Below are positions 19,087-28,360 of a DNA stretch of 64,000 nucleotides, piece by piece. Below the pieces are notes generated by a model, which was given only the letters and a program-made list of their open reading frames with translations, searched no databases and was not told where the DNA came from. The position numbers and the translations under genes are program-made. Position 1 is the stretch's first letter; every line of letters starts with the position of its first letter. This stretch comes from Ostreococcus lucimarinus (lineage: Eukaryota). The DNA lies in assembly GCA_000092065.1 (NCBI GenBank), contig CP000585.1, one strand, 5' to 3'.

Positions 19087-20040
19087 CTATTGCGTATTAA
19101 CTCTGCTCACCAACTTGGATTTTTCGGCGAGTGTAATCGACGCGCCATCCTCGGCGTTCGTGAACACAAACGTGCGCGCATCCGTGACGGGAAAACTCTT
19201 CGCGACGAGAGCCTTCATCGGACGGTACCCCGGGTACGACATTCGATCAAAAACAACCGCTCCGGCACAAACAACGCCCGGCGCCGTCGTCGCCGCCGCG
19301 CTCTCGATCCCCCAATCGCACTGCATGCCAACCTTGTGCGTGACGTGAATCTCCCCACCATTCCTCACCACGTACTCGCTCGCCCCAGCGACGAACCGCT
19401 CGACCAACGCCCGATTCGCCTCGAGTTCCTCCGCGCTCCTCGCGTCGAATCCGCCCAACGCCGCCTCTCTCGCCGACCCGTCCGCGTCTCGCGCCACGCA
19501 CGGAAAGTTCCAAATCGCCGCGTCGAACGTCCCCCGCTCCACCGTCTCCGGCAGCGTCTCGCCCAAATTTCCCGCGTCCACGCCGTGAATGACGCGCGCT
19601 CCTAACCTTTCCAACTCTCCCAGCGTCTCCTCCATCGCTCGTTCCCCGTAAATCGCATCCAACGACGCCCTCGTCTCGTGCGACGTCGCCGTCACCCCCG
19701 CGCCGCCCAGCGCGCGCGCCACCGCCCTCGAGAACGTGAAGTCCCCGTCGCCGACCGCCAGCACGCGCGCGCGTCGCGCGTCGTACAGTCCGATCCTTTT
19801 CCTTCGCTCGCCGCCGTCCCGCGCGCGCGCGCACGCCTCCGGCCGCGCGTTCGGCGCGTTCGCGACGCCCGCCGTCGCGAACACCGCGCGTCGACACACC
19901 ACGCACCCCGCGCGCGCGCACGCGAGCTGCGCGCGCGTCATGTGCAGCGCGACCGCGGGCGCGACCGCGTCGCGCGTCGCGGCGACGCGCTTGGCGTCGC
20001 GCGCGTCGTCGTCGTCGGCGTCGCGTCGGCGTCGCGACAT
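19087..20040 (-). CDS. DUF2431 / BMT5-like Rossmann-fold methyltransferase
   Basis: VLAVGDGDFTFSRAVARALG resembles the LLVGEGDFSFS motif of 25S rRNA (uridine-N3)-methyltransferase BMT5-like proteins. The ATG at 20040 was verified. Confidence 0.5.
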   Translation of the reverse strand: MSRRRRDADDDDARDAKRVAATRDAVAPAVALHMTRAQLACARAGCVVCRRAVFATAGVANAPNARPEACARARDGGERRKRIGLYDARRARVLAVGDGDFTFSRAVARALGGAGVTATSHETRASLDAIYGERAMEETLGELERLGARVIHGVDAGNLGETLPETVERGTFDAAIWNFPCVARDADGSAREAALGGFDARSAEELEANRALVERFVAGASEYVVRNGGEIHVTHKVGMQCDWGIESAAATTAPGVVCAGAVVFDRMSYPGYRPMKALVAKSFPVTDARTFVFTNAEDGASITLAEKSKLVSRVNTQ

Positions 20041-20308
20041 TCGGCGCCGCAGAGTGCGGCGCGATGGACGGCGCGCGCCGAGGCGCGTGCGATCACGCGC
20101 CGACGACGTCGGGCGGTGCGGGCGACGCGCGACGACGACGCGACGCGCGCGACGCGCGACGCGCGCGACGCGCGACGCGCGCGACGCGATGCGATTCGAT
20201 GCGTGGTGCCCGAATTGACGAACGCGACGACTGACGACGGCGACGGCGACGGCGACGGCGACGACGCGCGCAGCGCTCGCGGAGACGCCGACGCCGTGTC
20301 ACACGCTC

Positions 20309-21475
20309 GTGTCGCTCGCGTGCGCGCGGTGCGGCGCGCGAGTGGTGCCGTGCGACGCGTGCGGGGGACTGGCCTCGGCGACGGCGAGACGGTGCCCGAG
20401 GTGCGCGGCGGCGCGCGTGGAGGGCGACGCGACGCGGGCGGCGATCGGACTCGACGCCGTCGACGCGGTGGACGCGATCGAAGCGATGGAGATCGCGCTG
20501 GACGGCGGATGGACGCGCGAGGCGTACGCGAGGGCGAAGAGGGAGGAGCTGGCGCGGCTGGAGACGCGGGGCGAGCGACGCGAACGCGCCGGACGCGGCG
20601 ACGCGTCCGTCGCGCCGAGGCGGTCGAGCTCGAGCGCGCCGACGCTGGACGACGAGGGCGTGCGCGGGACGCCTGACGCCGATCTGGACGAGCGACGGCT
20701 GACGCTGAGCTCGGTGCAGTGTGGGCAGCGCGTCGTGCCGGAGAGCGTCTTCAAGACGCCGAAACCGTCGAGGTTCGGACCGGCGCACGCGACGGTCGCC
20801 GCGTCGGCGTCACCGATCGGGGCGAGCGAGGCTCGAGCGAACGCGAATGCGTTGGACGCGGCGATCGTACGCGTGAAGAGTCAGCTTCTGTTTTGTGAGA
20901 AGGCGACTCGAAAGCGGCGCAAGACGCTCGAAGAGTACACTTGGACCGACCACGAAGTGCTGCAAGTTTTGTTGAAACGCGTCAAGTACGACGTCGCGAG
21001 CGCGCGACAGTTGATGATGATTTCCCGGTCGTTCCTTGAGTCCCGGGACCGCATTCATGCCGACGTCACGTACGCGCAGACGTTGCGAACGGCGATCGAC
21101 ACGCTCGAACGCGACGTACGCTTGATCATCGCTGGGAAAGACGAGACGCGGGAGCACGACGGCGATCATCGTTCGTTACATCTCCTTTGGCCGGACGAGC
21201 AGAGTGAGACGAACACAGAGGCTCACGCACTTTTATCGTCCGCCTTGCGCGCGCGCTCGAGCTGGGCCGATGACCAAGCGCGCGAAATCGGCGCCGAGCA
21301 CAGCAAGAGGCTGCGGGAAATCACGCGAGCGCAAAATGATTTGTTGGCGACGATCACGGAAGGTTCGTGCGACCAGATGACGCACGACGCCGCTTGCAAA
21401 GCAATCTACATGGTTTTGCGCATGTACAAGACCATCTTTCTACTGACGGAGCACGCTAGAGCTAGAACTACGTAA
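20309..21475 (+). CDS. Hypothetical protein with a Cys-rich (CxxC...CxxC...CxxC) N-terminal region and a conserved-looking helical C-terminal half
   Basis: The ORF's first codon is GTG, so the true ATG is further in (e.g. MEIALDGGW). The C-terminal region LEEYTWTDHEVLQVLLKRVKYD...LLTEHARA has normal composition. The stop TAA at 21473-21475 overlaps the stop of the convergent gene. Confidence 0.35.
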   Translation: MSLACARCGARVVPCDACGGLASATARRCPRCAAARVEGDATRAAIGLDAVDAVDAIEAMEIALDGGWTREAYARAKREELARLETRGERRERAGRGDASVAPRRSSSSAPTLDDEGVRGTPDADLDERRLTLSSVQCGQRVVPESVFKTPKPSRFGPAHATVAASASPIGASEARANANALDAAIVRVKSQLLFCEKATRKRRKTLEEYTWTDHEVLQVLLKRVKYDVASARQLMMISRSFLESRDRIHADVTYAQTLRTAIDTLERDVRLIIAGKDETREHDGDHRSLHLLWPDEQSETNTEAHALLSSALRARSSWADDQAREIGAEHSKRLREITRAQNDLLATITEGSCDQMTHDAACKAIYMVLRMYKTIFLLTEHARARTT

Positions 21476-22190
21476 AACTGGGCACTGCTAATAAACAACA
21501 TACGGCGTGCGCCAAGTCTTCATACACATCCACGGGAAAGCACTCATCGGGAAGCGACATCGTCGGATCGTCCGCGCGCGTCGTAATTCTGTACGGCAGT
21601 CGTTGATTTTTCGACCGCAGCGCTTCACCCATGACCTCTCCGTACCCCGTGCACACCAAGCACCGCCGAACGCCCGCTCTCGCCGCCGCCTGCATATCCG
21701 TCACCGTGTCCCCGATGAACACCGCCCGCGACGGCTCATCCGCGAGCCCATTCGCCGCGAGTGCCTCGACCACCATCCCCGGCGCCGGCTTTCGCCGGTC
21801 GCACGGTTCGTCTCGCGCCTTGTGCGCGTAATAAATCTCCCCCAGCGTCGCCCCGGCGTCTTCGCGAAGCGCGCGTCGCATCTCCCCGTGCACCACGTCC
21901 TCGACGTACGCCGCGCTGACGTGCCCCTTTCCGATCGCCGTCTGATTCGTCACCACCGCCGTCGGCACGCCCGCGTCGTTCAGCGCTCGCACCGCGCGCG
22001 CCGCGCCGTCGATGAGCTCGAACTGCGCGACGTCCACGACGCCCGGCGCGCCGACGTCGACGTTGATCACCCCGTCGCGGTCGAGCAGCGCGAGCGCGAC
22101 GTCGCGCGTCGTCGCCGCGCGCGTCGTCGCGCGCGCGCGCCGCGCGCGCGCGACGCGCGGCGTCGCTCGACGACCGACCGCGAGCCGCAT
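21468..22190 (-). CDS. HAD-IIIA phosphatase of the GmhB / HisB-N family (D,D-heptose-1,7-bisphosphate or histidinol-phosphate phosphatase-like) with an Arg/Ala/Thr-rich N-terminal presequence
   Basis: LLDRDGVIN (motif I DxD), VVTNQ (motif II), CDRRKPAPGMV (the CxCRKPxPGM signature) and FIGDTVTDMQAA (motif IV). The ATG at 22190 was verified. An alternative upstream start at 22244 is possible. Confidence 0.65.
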   Translation of the reverse strand: MRLAVGRRATPRVARARRARATTRAATTRDVALALLDRDGVINVDVGAPGVVDVAQFELIDGAARAVRALNDAGVPTAVVTNQTAIGKGHVSAAYVEDVVHGEMRRALREDAGATLGEIYYAHKARDEPCDRRKPAPGMVVEALAANGLADEPSRAVFIGDTVTDMQAAARAGVRRCLVCTGYGEVMGEALRSKNQRLPYRITTRADDPTMSLPDECFPVDVYEDLAHAVCCLLAVPSFT

Positions 22191-22267
22191 TGTGCGACTC
22201 GACGACCGTCGCGACCGTCGCGACGGTCGCATCGCGCGACGCATCGCGCGACAGCGCGCGGCGATCG

Positions 22268-22618
22268 ATGTTCAACGCGTGCGCGCCCGCGGCGTCGCGG
22301 TGCGGGCGGAACAAGGGCGCGAAACCGCCCAAGCCCGAGTGGGCGGAATCGTTCGAGCGATTCCGAAAGGAACGCGGCGAGTTGACGCGCGAACAGGCGG
22401 AGAAGGCGTGGGAGGCGCAGAAGACGGCGATGCTGCAGGAGGAAGAAGTCGCCACGCGGTTGTACGCGGAGATGGACGTGCTGGAGGGGACGTCGGGAGG
22501 GCGAACGGGGAACGCGGCGGCGACGGCGGAGCTGGTGAGCGAAAACGTACGAAGGGCGTCGCCGACGGCGGCGGACGTGGAGCAGGCGAAACGAGCGGAT
22601 GCGAATCCGTTCAAGTGA
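22268..22618 (+). CDS. Small hypothetical protein (116 aa, Lys/Glu-rich helical)
   Basis: The ATG is at 22268 (MFNACAPAASRCGRNKGAKPPKPEWAESFERFRKERGELTREQAEKAWEAQK...). It is head-to-head with the HAD phosphatase gene, 77 bp away. No domain was recognised. Confidence 0.3.
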   Translation: MFNACAPAASRCGRNKGAKPPKPEWAESFERFRKERGELTREQAEKAWEAQKTAMLQEEEVATRLYAEMDVLEGTSGGRTGNAAATAELVSENVRRASPTAADVEQAKRADANPFK

Positions 22619-22727
22619 GACTCGGTTCGAGTGAGACTGGCGCGATTGTTGTGGTACTACTAGGATTGTATTTGAAATAAAAACGCAGATGCGTAAGAGG
22701 AGCGCTGGCGGTGGGCGCCCGACGCGG

Positions 22728-24099
22728 CTACGCCTCGACTTTGCCAAACTTTTCCTCGATCCACTGCGACGTGACGGATTTCGGGCGTTCGATGGGGTAT
22801 CCAGACCCGCGAGACAGCGTGAGTTGGCTCAAGACGCCGATAGCGCGCGAGGCACCGAATAAGACGGTGTAGAAGTTTGCTTCGGTGATGCCGTAGTATT
22901 GAAGCAACACGCCCGAGTGCGCGTCGACGTTGGGCCACGGGTTCTTCACTTTACCAGTCTCGGTGAGCACGCCCGGGACGACTTCAAAGAGCTTACCCAC
23001 GAGCTTGAACATCGGATCGTCGGGCAAGTGCTTGAGCGCGAACTCGCGCTGACACGTGTATCTCGGATCCGTCTTTCGCAACACGCCGTGGCCGTATCCC
23101 GGAACGACCCTGCCACTCTTCAGCGTCGCCCACACGAACTCAGTGAGTTCTTCCTTCGTCGCGTTGTCGCCAACTTTTTCGCGCGTCTCGTTGAGCCATT
23201 TCAGCACCTCTTGGTTCGCCAAGCCGTGCAACGGGCCGGCGAGGCCGTTCAAGCCGGCGACGAGCGAGAGGTACGGATCGCTCAACGCGCTCCCAACCAG
23301 GTGCGTGGCGTGCGCCGACACGTTCCCGCCCTCATGGTCGACGTGAATGGTCATGTACAACCGCATGAGCTCCTTCACGGCCTCGGAATCGTGCCCCATC
23401 ATGTGCGCGAAGTTCGCCGCCCAGTCCAGACTCGCGTCGGCGGCGACGAGCGTCCCATCCTTGAACGTTCGCCTGTAGATCGCCGCGCACACCGCGGGTA
23501 AACGAGCGATGATATCCATCGAGTCTTCGAACGCGTGCTCCCAAAACGTCGTCTTGTGCGCGCCGTCTTGATACGCCTTGGCAAACTTACTCTCCGGTTG
23601 CATCGCCATCAGCGCGACGCTCAGCTGCGTCATCGGATGCGCGTTTTTCGGCAGCGCGTCGAGCGCGTCGAAAACCGCCTTCGGCACCTCCGCGCGCGCC
23701 GCCAGCTCCGCGCTCAGCGTCCTCACCTGCGCCTCGCTCGGAATCTCCCCCGTCAGCATCAACCACATGATTCCCTCCGGCAGCGGCTCCTCGCCCCCCC
23801 GCGCCTTCGGCAACTTTTCCCGCAGCTCGGGAATCGCGCGCCCTCGGAACCGTATCCCCTCCTCCGCGTCCAACAGCGACGTCTCGTACAGCATCGCCGT
23901 GATCCCTCGCATCCCTCCCGCGACCATGTTCACCGTCACCTCGCCCACGACGCGGTCCCCGTGCGCCCGCTTGATCGCCCGCAGTCGCGCGTTCGCGCGC
24001 TCCAGCGCCGCCGCGACGCGCGCCTTGAGCCCGACCGCCGCGTCGTCGCTCGCCGACGTCGCGCTCGCGCGTCCGCGCTCGACGCGCGTCGTCGGACCG

Positions 24100-24136
<37 letters not shown>

Positions 24137-24244
24137 CGCGCGCCCATCCGTCGCGCGCCCATCCGTCGAGCGCGCGCGACGGACGCGCGCGCGACTCGAG
24201 CGCGCGCGCCGCGCGTCGGCTCGCGCGCGCGACGATCGCCGACA
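22728..24244 (-). CDS. Citrate synthase, mitochondrial type, with an N-terminal presequence containing an (Ala-Thr)5 repeat
   Basis: [56 protein letters not shown] and [14 protein letters not shown] are citrate synthase signatures. The ATG at 24244 was verified ([15 protein letters not shown]...). The upstream 670 nt of ORF 22728-24914 is read-through. Confidence 0.9.
24100..24170. repeat. (GTCGCC)6 hexanucleotide repeat followed by a 2x 15-bp tandem duplication (gcgcgcccatccgtc) inside the citrate synthase presequence coding region
   Basis: gtcgccgtcgccgtcgccgtcgccgtcgccgtcgcc followed by gcgcgcccatccgtcgcgcgcccatccgtc. On the minus strand these encode ATATATATATG and [10 protein letters not shown]. 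Confidence 0.85.
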
Positions 24245-24570
24245 TCCGCGTCGAGCGCTGGCGCCGGCCGCGCGCGCGACCGACGCGACGCGGATGTCGG
24301 CGATCGACCGACACGCGGGTGTCTCGCGGCGCACGACCGACCGACCCGAACGCGCGCGTACACCATATAATAATCGTCAGCGCGCCGTCGACGCGCGCGA
24401 CGTTCGCGCGAAATTCGACCGCGAACGTAAATCTCTGCGTCGTGTGGGCGAACAGTGTAGAGCTCGGACAATCGGCGCGCGTTCGAATTGCGCGTCGACG
24501 GATTCGCGCGCGAATCGCGACGACGCGCCCGCACGACGCGACGCGCGACGCGCCGAGAGCGCGAGGCGAG

Positions 24571-24798
24571 ATGGCGCGCGACGCGCCGAGAGCGGTCGAG
24601 GACGACGAGGGGCTGGCGATGGCGATCGGACTGGACGTGGGGATGCGATTGGCGACGCGCGGGACGCGCGACGGGGATTCGGACGCGAACGTTGACGAGG
24701 ACGACGACGACGACGACGACGGGGTGCTGCGAGCGATGGATCGATTGGGAACGAGGGACGAGGCGCTGCTGTCGAGGGTCGGGGCGCTCGGGACGCGA

Positions 24799-24831
<33 letters not shown>

Positions 24832-26748
24832 AAGGCGGGGGGGGAGACGCGCGCGGACGACGCGACGGCGGACGCGGCGAACGCGCAGGGTTCGAGGGCG
24901 CTGCAGATACTCAAGGTGAATCCGCAGGTGAGGAACGCGGAGTCGGCGCAAATGTTTCTGCCGGCGATTCATAAATCGCTCGCACCGAAGATTCGGACGG
25001 AGATGAAGACGAGCGCGTTTCGACCGCAACTTCCCGCGTGGGCGGCGACGAAGAAGGATAGTTTGGAGATTTCGGGAGACGTGGACGCGGTGTCGACGGC
25101 CTTGGACGCGAATCAAAAGTTTCAGCAAGACATATCTACCCTGTTGCGGGCGTTGGATGAAAAGATGGAGAGGAACGAGCGCTTGATCACGATGGTTACG
25201 CGTTGGAGAAATCGCAAGGGTCGTCGCGTGCACTGGTCGCTGCGAGAGGCCATGATGGACTTGTGGGGGCAGAAGAGCGATTTGTACTTCAGAGTGCCTT
25301 CGGCGTGGAATCCATCGAGCCGCGCGAGCGCATCGCTTCATTCGGACGACGCCACAGGGATCATGTCTCAGGCGACGCTGCAAAAGCAAATCACGCCGAA
25401 CGCGGACATGCTTCGTCTTGGCTGGGCAAATTTGGTGGAAAAGATACCGCTTTCGTACGCCTCGCATTGTCGAGCTTGGACGCCCAAGGAAGACGCACAG
25501 CTGAGAAAAGGTGTGCACTTCCAGCTGCAACAAGCCCGTTTACTCACGGATCAGCGCATGAGTCTGGAAGAGCTTGCGGGAATGTCAGTGCAACCGCTCA
25601 GCGCGCTCCTCCAGCCGGGCGGTTTGGACGTCGTCTTGCGCGATTCCGAAGCCATCGATTGGGGCGAAGTGGTTCGCATGCACATGCCGTTGCGCACCGT
25701 GGATGATTGTCGATTACGGTGGATGAACGTCGTCGACCCGCGAATCTGTCCAGAAGCGTGGACGGACAGGGAAGACGATATGCTCATCGAACTCGCCGAA
25801 GGATGGGAGACGAAGAGGAATTGGACCTTGATCGCCGAGGAGATTTTCGCGGCCAAGATCACGCCCGGAAAACTTCTTCGCTCGCCGCATCAGTGCGCGA
25901 TGCGCTACCAAGCGGAATGGAATCCGTCGCTGGTGAAGAGCTCATGGACGCCGGAAGAAGACGCGTTCATTTTGCGTTGGATCAAGGACCACGGCGTCGG
26001 ACACTGGACTAAGCTCGCCCGTCTGCTGCCGGGTCACACCGGGCAGCAACTTCTTCATCGTTGGCGTCGGATCCAGCCCACGAGGCGCACGGGCGCGTGG
26101 ACGGAAGAGGAAGACGAAGCGTTGCGCGTCGCCGTCGGCGCGTACAAGCAGGGTGAGCGAATCAAATGGTCGTTGGTTCAAGAGCACGTCCCGACGCGCA
26201 CAGACGTGCAGTGCCGCGAGCGTTGGACGGGTGTACTCGATCCTGGCATCAAGACTGGACCATGGACTGAGGAAGAGGACGCGGCGTTGATGGCGGCCAT
26301 GGGTCCCCACTGGCAGGAGAACGGCTTCAACGAATGGGCGCGTCTCACCGCGGTTCTGCCTGGTCGCACTGGGAAGCACTGTATGCGACGCTGCCGCGCG
26401 CTCGCAAAGAAACAGAACGACGACGGCGAGGCTTCTCACCAAGGCGGAGGCGAACGATCGTCGGCCGCAAAATCGAAGAACAAAGCGACGACGACGAAGA
26501 AGAAGCGCGCTGCGGCGACGACCACGGCACCCGTCGCGGAGCCCGCTCTCGAAGAGCCGGTCGACGACGCGCTTGGCACCGACGAACATCCACCGACTGC
26601 GAGGAAGAAGGCTCCCGCTCGACAGAAGACTGCGAAGACCACAGCTTCTAAGACGGCGTCCATCGCATCGCCGAAAACGCGCGATGACAAAGCGCCCGTT
26701 GTCGAACCCGAGCCGAAGAGACCGCGAAGAAGTACGCGGACGACGTGA
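24571..26748 (+). CDS. Myb/SANT-repeat DNA-binding protein with five tandem Myb repeats (SNAPC4-like or Myb3R-like)
   Basis: Repeats: [13 protein letters not shown]..., [16 protein letters not shown]..., [133 protein letters not shown]. The ATG is at 24571. The ORF's upstream part overlaps citrate synthase antisense and was rejected. Confidence 0.7.
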
Positions 26749-27023
26749 GCGAGCGTGCATTTTTTGCGACGCGACGTAGTCAACCAGCACTAGATAGAAC
26801 GACACGAACGATACGAGGTTGTAGTAGAACAGAAAATAACAAACGACGAAGACGACGATGACGAAGGCGGCAGTAGGGGTGATTGATTTCAGTAAGAATT
26901 GACGTTAGAGGTTTACAAAAAATGTGTAAAAGCTTGAATGGCGAGTTCAACCCGACGCGCGTGCTCGGAGAGAACTCAATCTCATGACGAGATTGATGAA
27001 GCAGAATCAGAAAGATTCGACGC

Positions 27024-27782
27024 TTAGCTCATGCGAGCGGCGGCTTCGAGAGTCGCTTCGAACGCCTTGGCGCACGCGGCTTCATCCGGCTTGCCGGCGC
27101 ACGCCTGCTCCATGGCTTGCAAGTCGCCGTTGCCGAGCTCGAGAGCGACGTCGGACGGGATCAAGTTCAAGCCATCGACGAGTTCTTGCGCGATCATACC
27201 CGAGATGGAGATCATCGCGAGGCGGCCGTTGTTGAGCTCCTTCAATCGAAGTTCATCGAGTTCTTCCTCGGACTTGCCTCGGCCGAGGCCGAGCGGGTCG
27301 AAGTTCAAGTCGCCCGGCGTGTAGCCATCCTTGAGCAAGAAGAGCTTGTCGGATTGACCCGGATCTTGCCAGCCCGCTTGCACGCGCGTGGATTCGGCGA
27401 TCGCGATCGTCGCGCCGATCGCGAACCAGAACGGCGTCGGCACTTGTTGGAAGTGGTTCACCGCCGGACCCGTCACCTGCGCGTCGAACAAAAAGCTCGA
27501 CCCCTCGACTTGTTCGCCGACCAAGAATCCCACCGTCGCGAGCATCGACACGCGACCGTGCGTGAGCTCCGCCTCGCGGTATCGCTGGAGCGACGCCCCG
27601 TCGATGCCGTTGCAGAATCCGAGCACGTCGAGTCCCTCCGGGAACGGCGCCGACGCCCCGACGAGTCCCGCCGCGGTGGCCTCTTGAATGTTCGCGTAGT
27701 TCTTACCCTTCGTGAACACGCCCGCGGACGCCGTGCGGACGGTGGGCTTGACGCTCATGGCGTTGACGACGACCGGAGACAT
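27024..27782 (-). CDS. Light-harvesting complex protein (chlorophyll-binding LHC superfamily, LI818/FCP-like helix motifs) with a short stromal-type transit peptide
   Basis: ELTHGRVSMLATVGFLVGEQVEG (helix 1), GYTPGDLNFDPLGLGRGKSEE and ELRLKELNNGRLAMISISGMIAQELVDG (helix 3). The true ATG is M12 of the ORF (the ORF M1 is GTG). The N-terminus MSPVVVNAMSVKPTVRTASAGVF has no signal peptide, which is consistent with a primary plastid. Confidence 0.85.
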   Translation of the reverse strand: MSPVVVNAMSVKPTVRTASAGVFTKGKNYANIQEATAAGLVGASAPFPEGLDVLGFCNGIDGASLQRYREAELTHGRVSMLATVGFLVGEQVEGSSFLFDAQVTGPAVNHFQQVPTPFWFAIGATIAIAESTRVQAGWQDPGQSDKLFLLKDGYTPGDLNFDPLGLGRGKSEEELDELRLKELNNGRLAMISISGMIAQELVDGLNLIPSDVALELGNGDLQAMEQACAGKPDEAACAKAFEATLEAAARMS

Positions 27783-27907
27783 CGTGCGTTGTCGGTGTGT
27801 GAGTTCGTGCGTCACAGTGACGCGCGCGTCGCGCGACAGGTCCGCCGAGCCCCTCGGATTATCCCTTCGATGACGTCACGCGACGTCACGCGTTTCGCGC
27901 GTGTTCG

Positions 27908-28055
27908 TTCGTGTGGTCGAGGCGCCTCGCGGGATTTTGACTCGTTCAGAGCAACATCAGTGGGGTTTCAGTGACCGTTCATGACTCAATAAATCGTTGA
28001 CCAGTCATAACTCGCCAACAGGGACTGTGCGGTCGAGGCGCCTCGCGGAGGAGTC
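27908..28055. promoter_or_regulatory. Divergent LHC / neighbouring-gene promoter region carrying two copies of an 18-22 bp direct repeat built around the palindrome GAGGCGCCTC
   Basis: ggtcgaggcgcctcgcgg occurs at about 27915-27932 and again at about 28030-28047, roughly 100 and 215 bp upstream of the LHC ATG. An AT-richer tgactcaataaatcgttgaccagtcat segment lies between them. Confidence 0.3.
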
Positions 28056-28360
28056 CCTGTTTTGAGCGTTCACGACTCACGAAGTATCGCGGTGTGTGAA
28101 CGAACAGTGCGGTGGTCACGTTCCGTGTAGTAGTGTCGCGCGAATGACGGCGTTTCATACGAGCGGTCGGCGTCGCGACGCGCGACGCGTCGCGGCGACG
28201 CGCGAGACGCGCGCGCGGGGACGGACGCGATCGCGCGATCGCGGCGCGCATGCGAGGCGCGAACGCGAACGCGAACGCGAACGCGACCGCGAGCGCGAAC
28301 GCGTCGAATCGAATCGGTGGCGCGATTGCGCGATTGGACTCGATTTGATTCGTCGTCGAC

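Noticed and set aside
23578-24570. 5' third of ORF 23578-26748 (an apparent 1056-aa Myb protein)
   Set aside because: It overlaps citrate synthase on the opposite strand and is low-complexity. The Myb gene is taken to start at the ATG at 24571.
24245-24914. Upstream 223 codons of ORF 22728-24914 (an apparent N-terminal extension of citrate synthase)
   Set aside because: The conserved citrate synthase starts after a verified ATG at 24244 with a typical presequence. The extension is Ala/Ser/Pro low complexity and overlaps the real Myb gene promoter.
23587-25533. 648-aa minus-strand ORF
   Set aside because: It is antisense to the Myb-repeat gene and citrate synthase. Its composition is Arg-rich and it has no domain.
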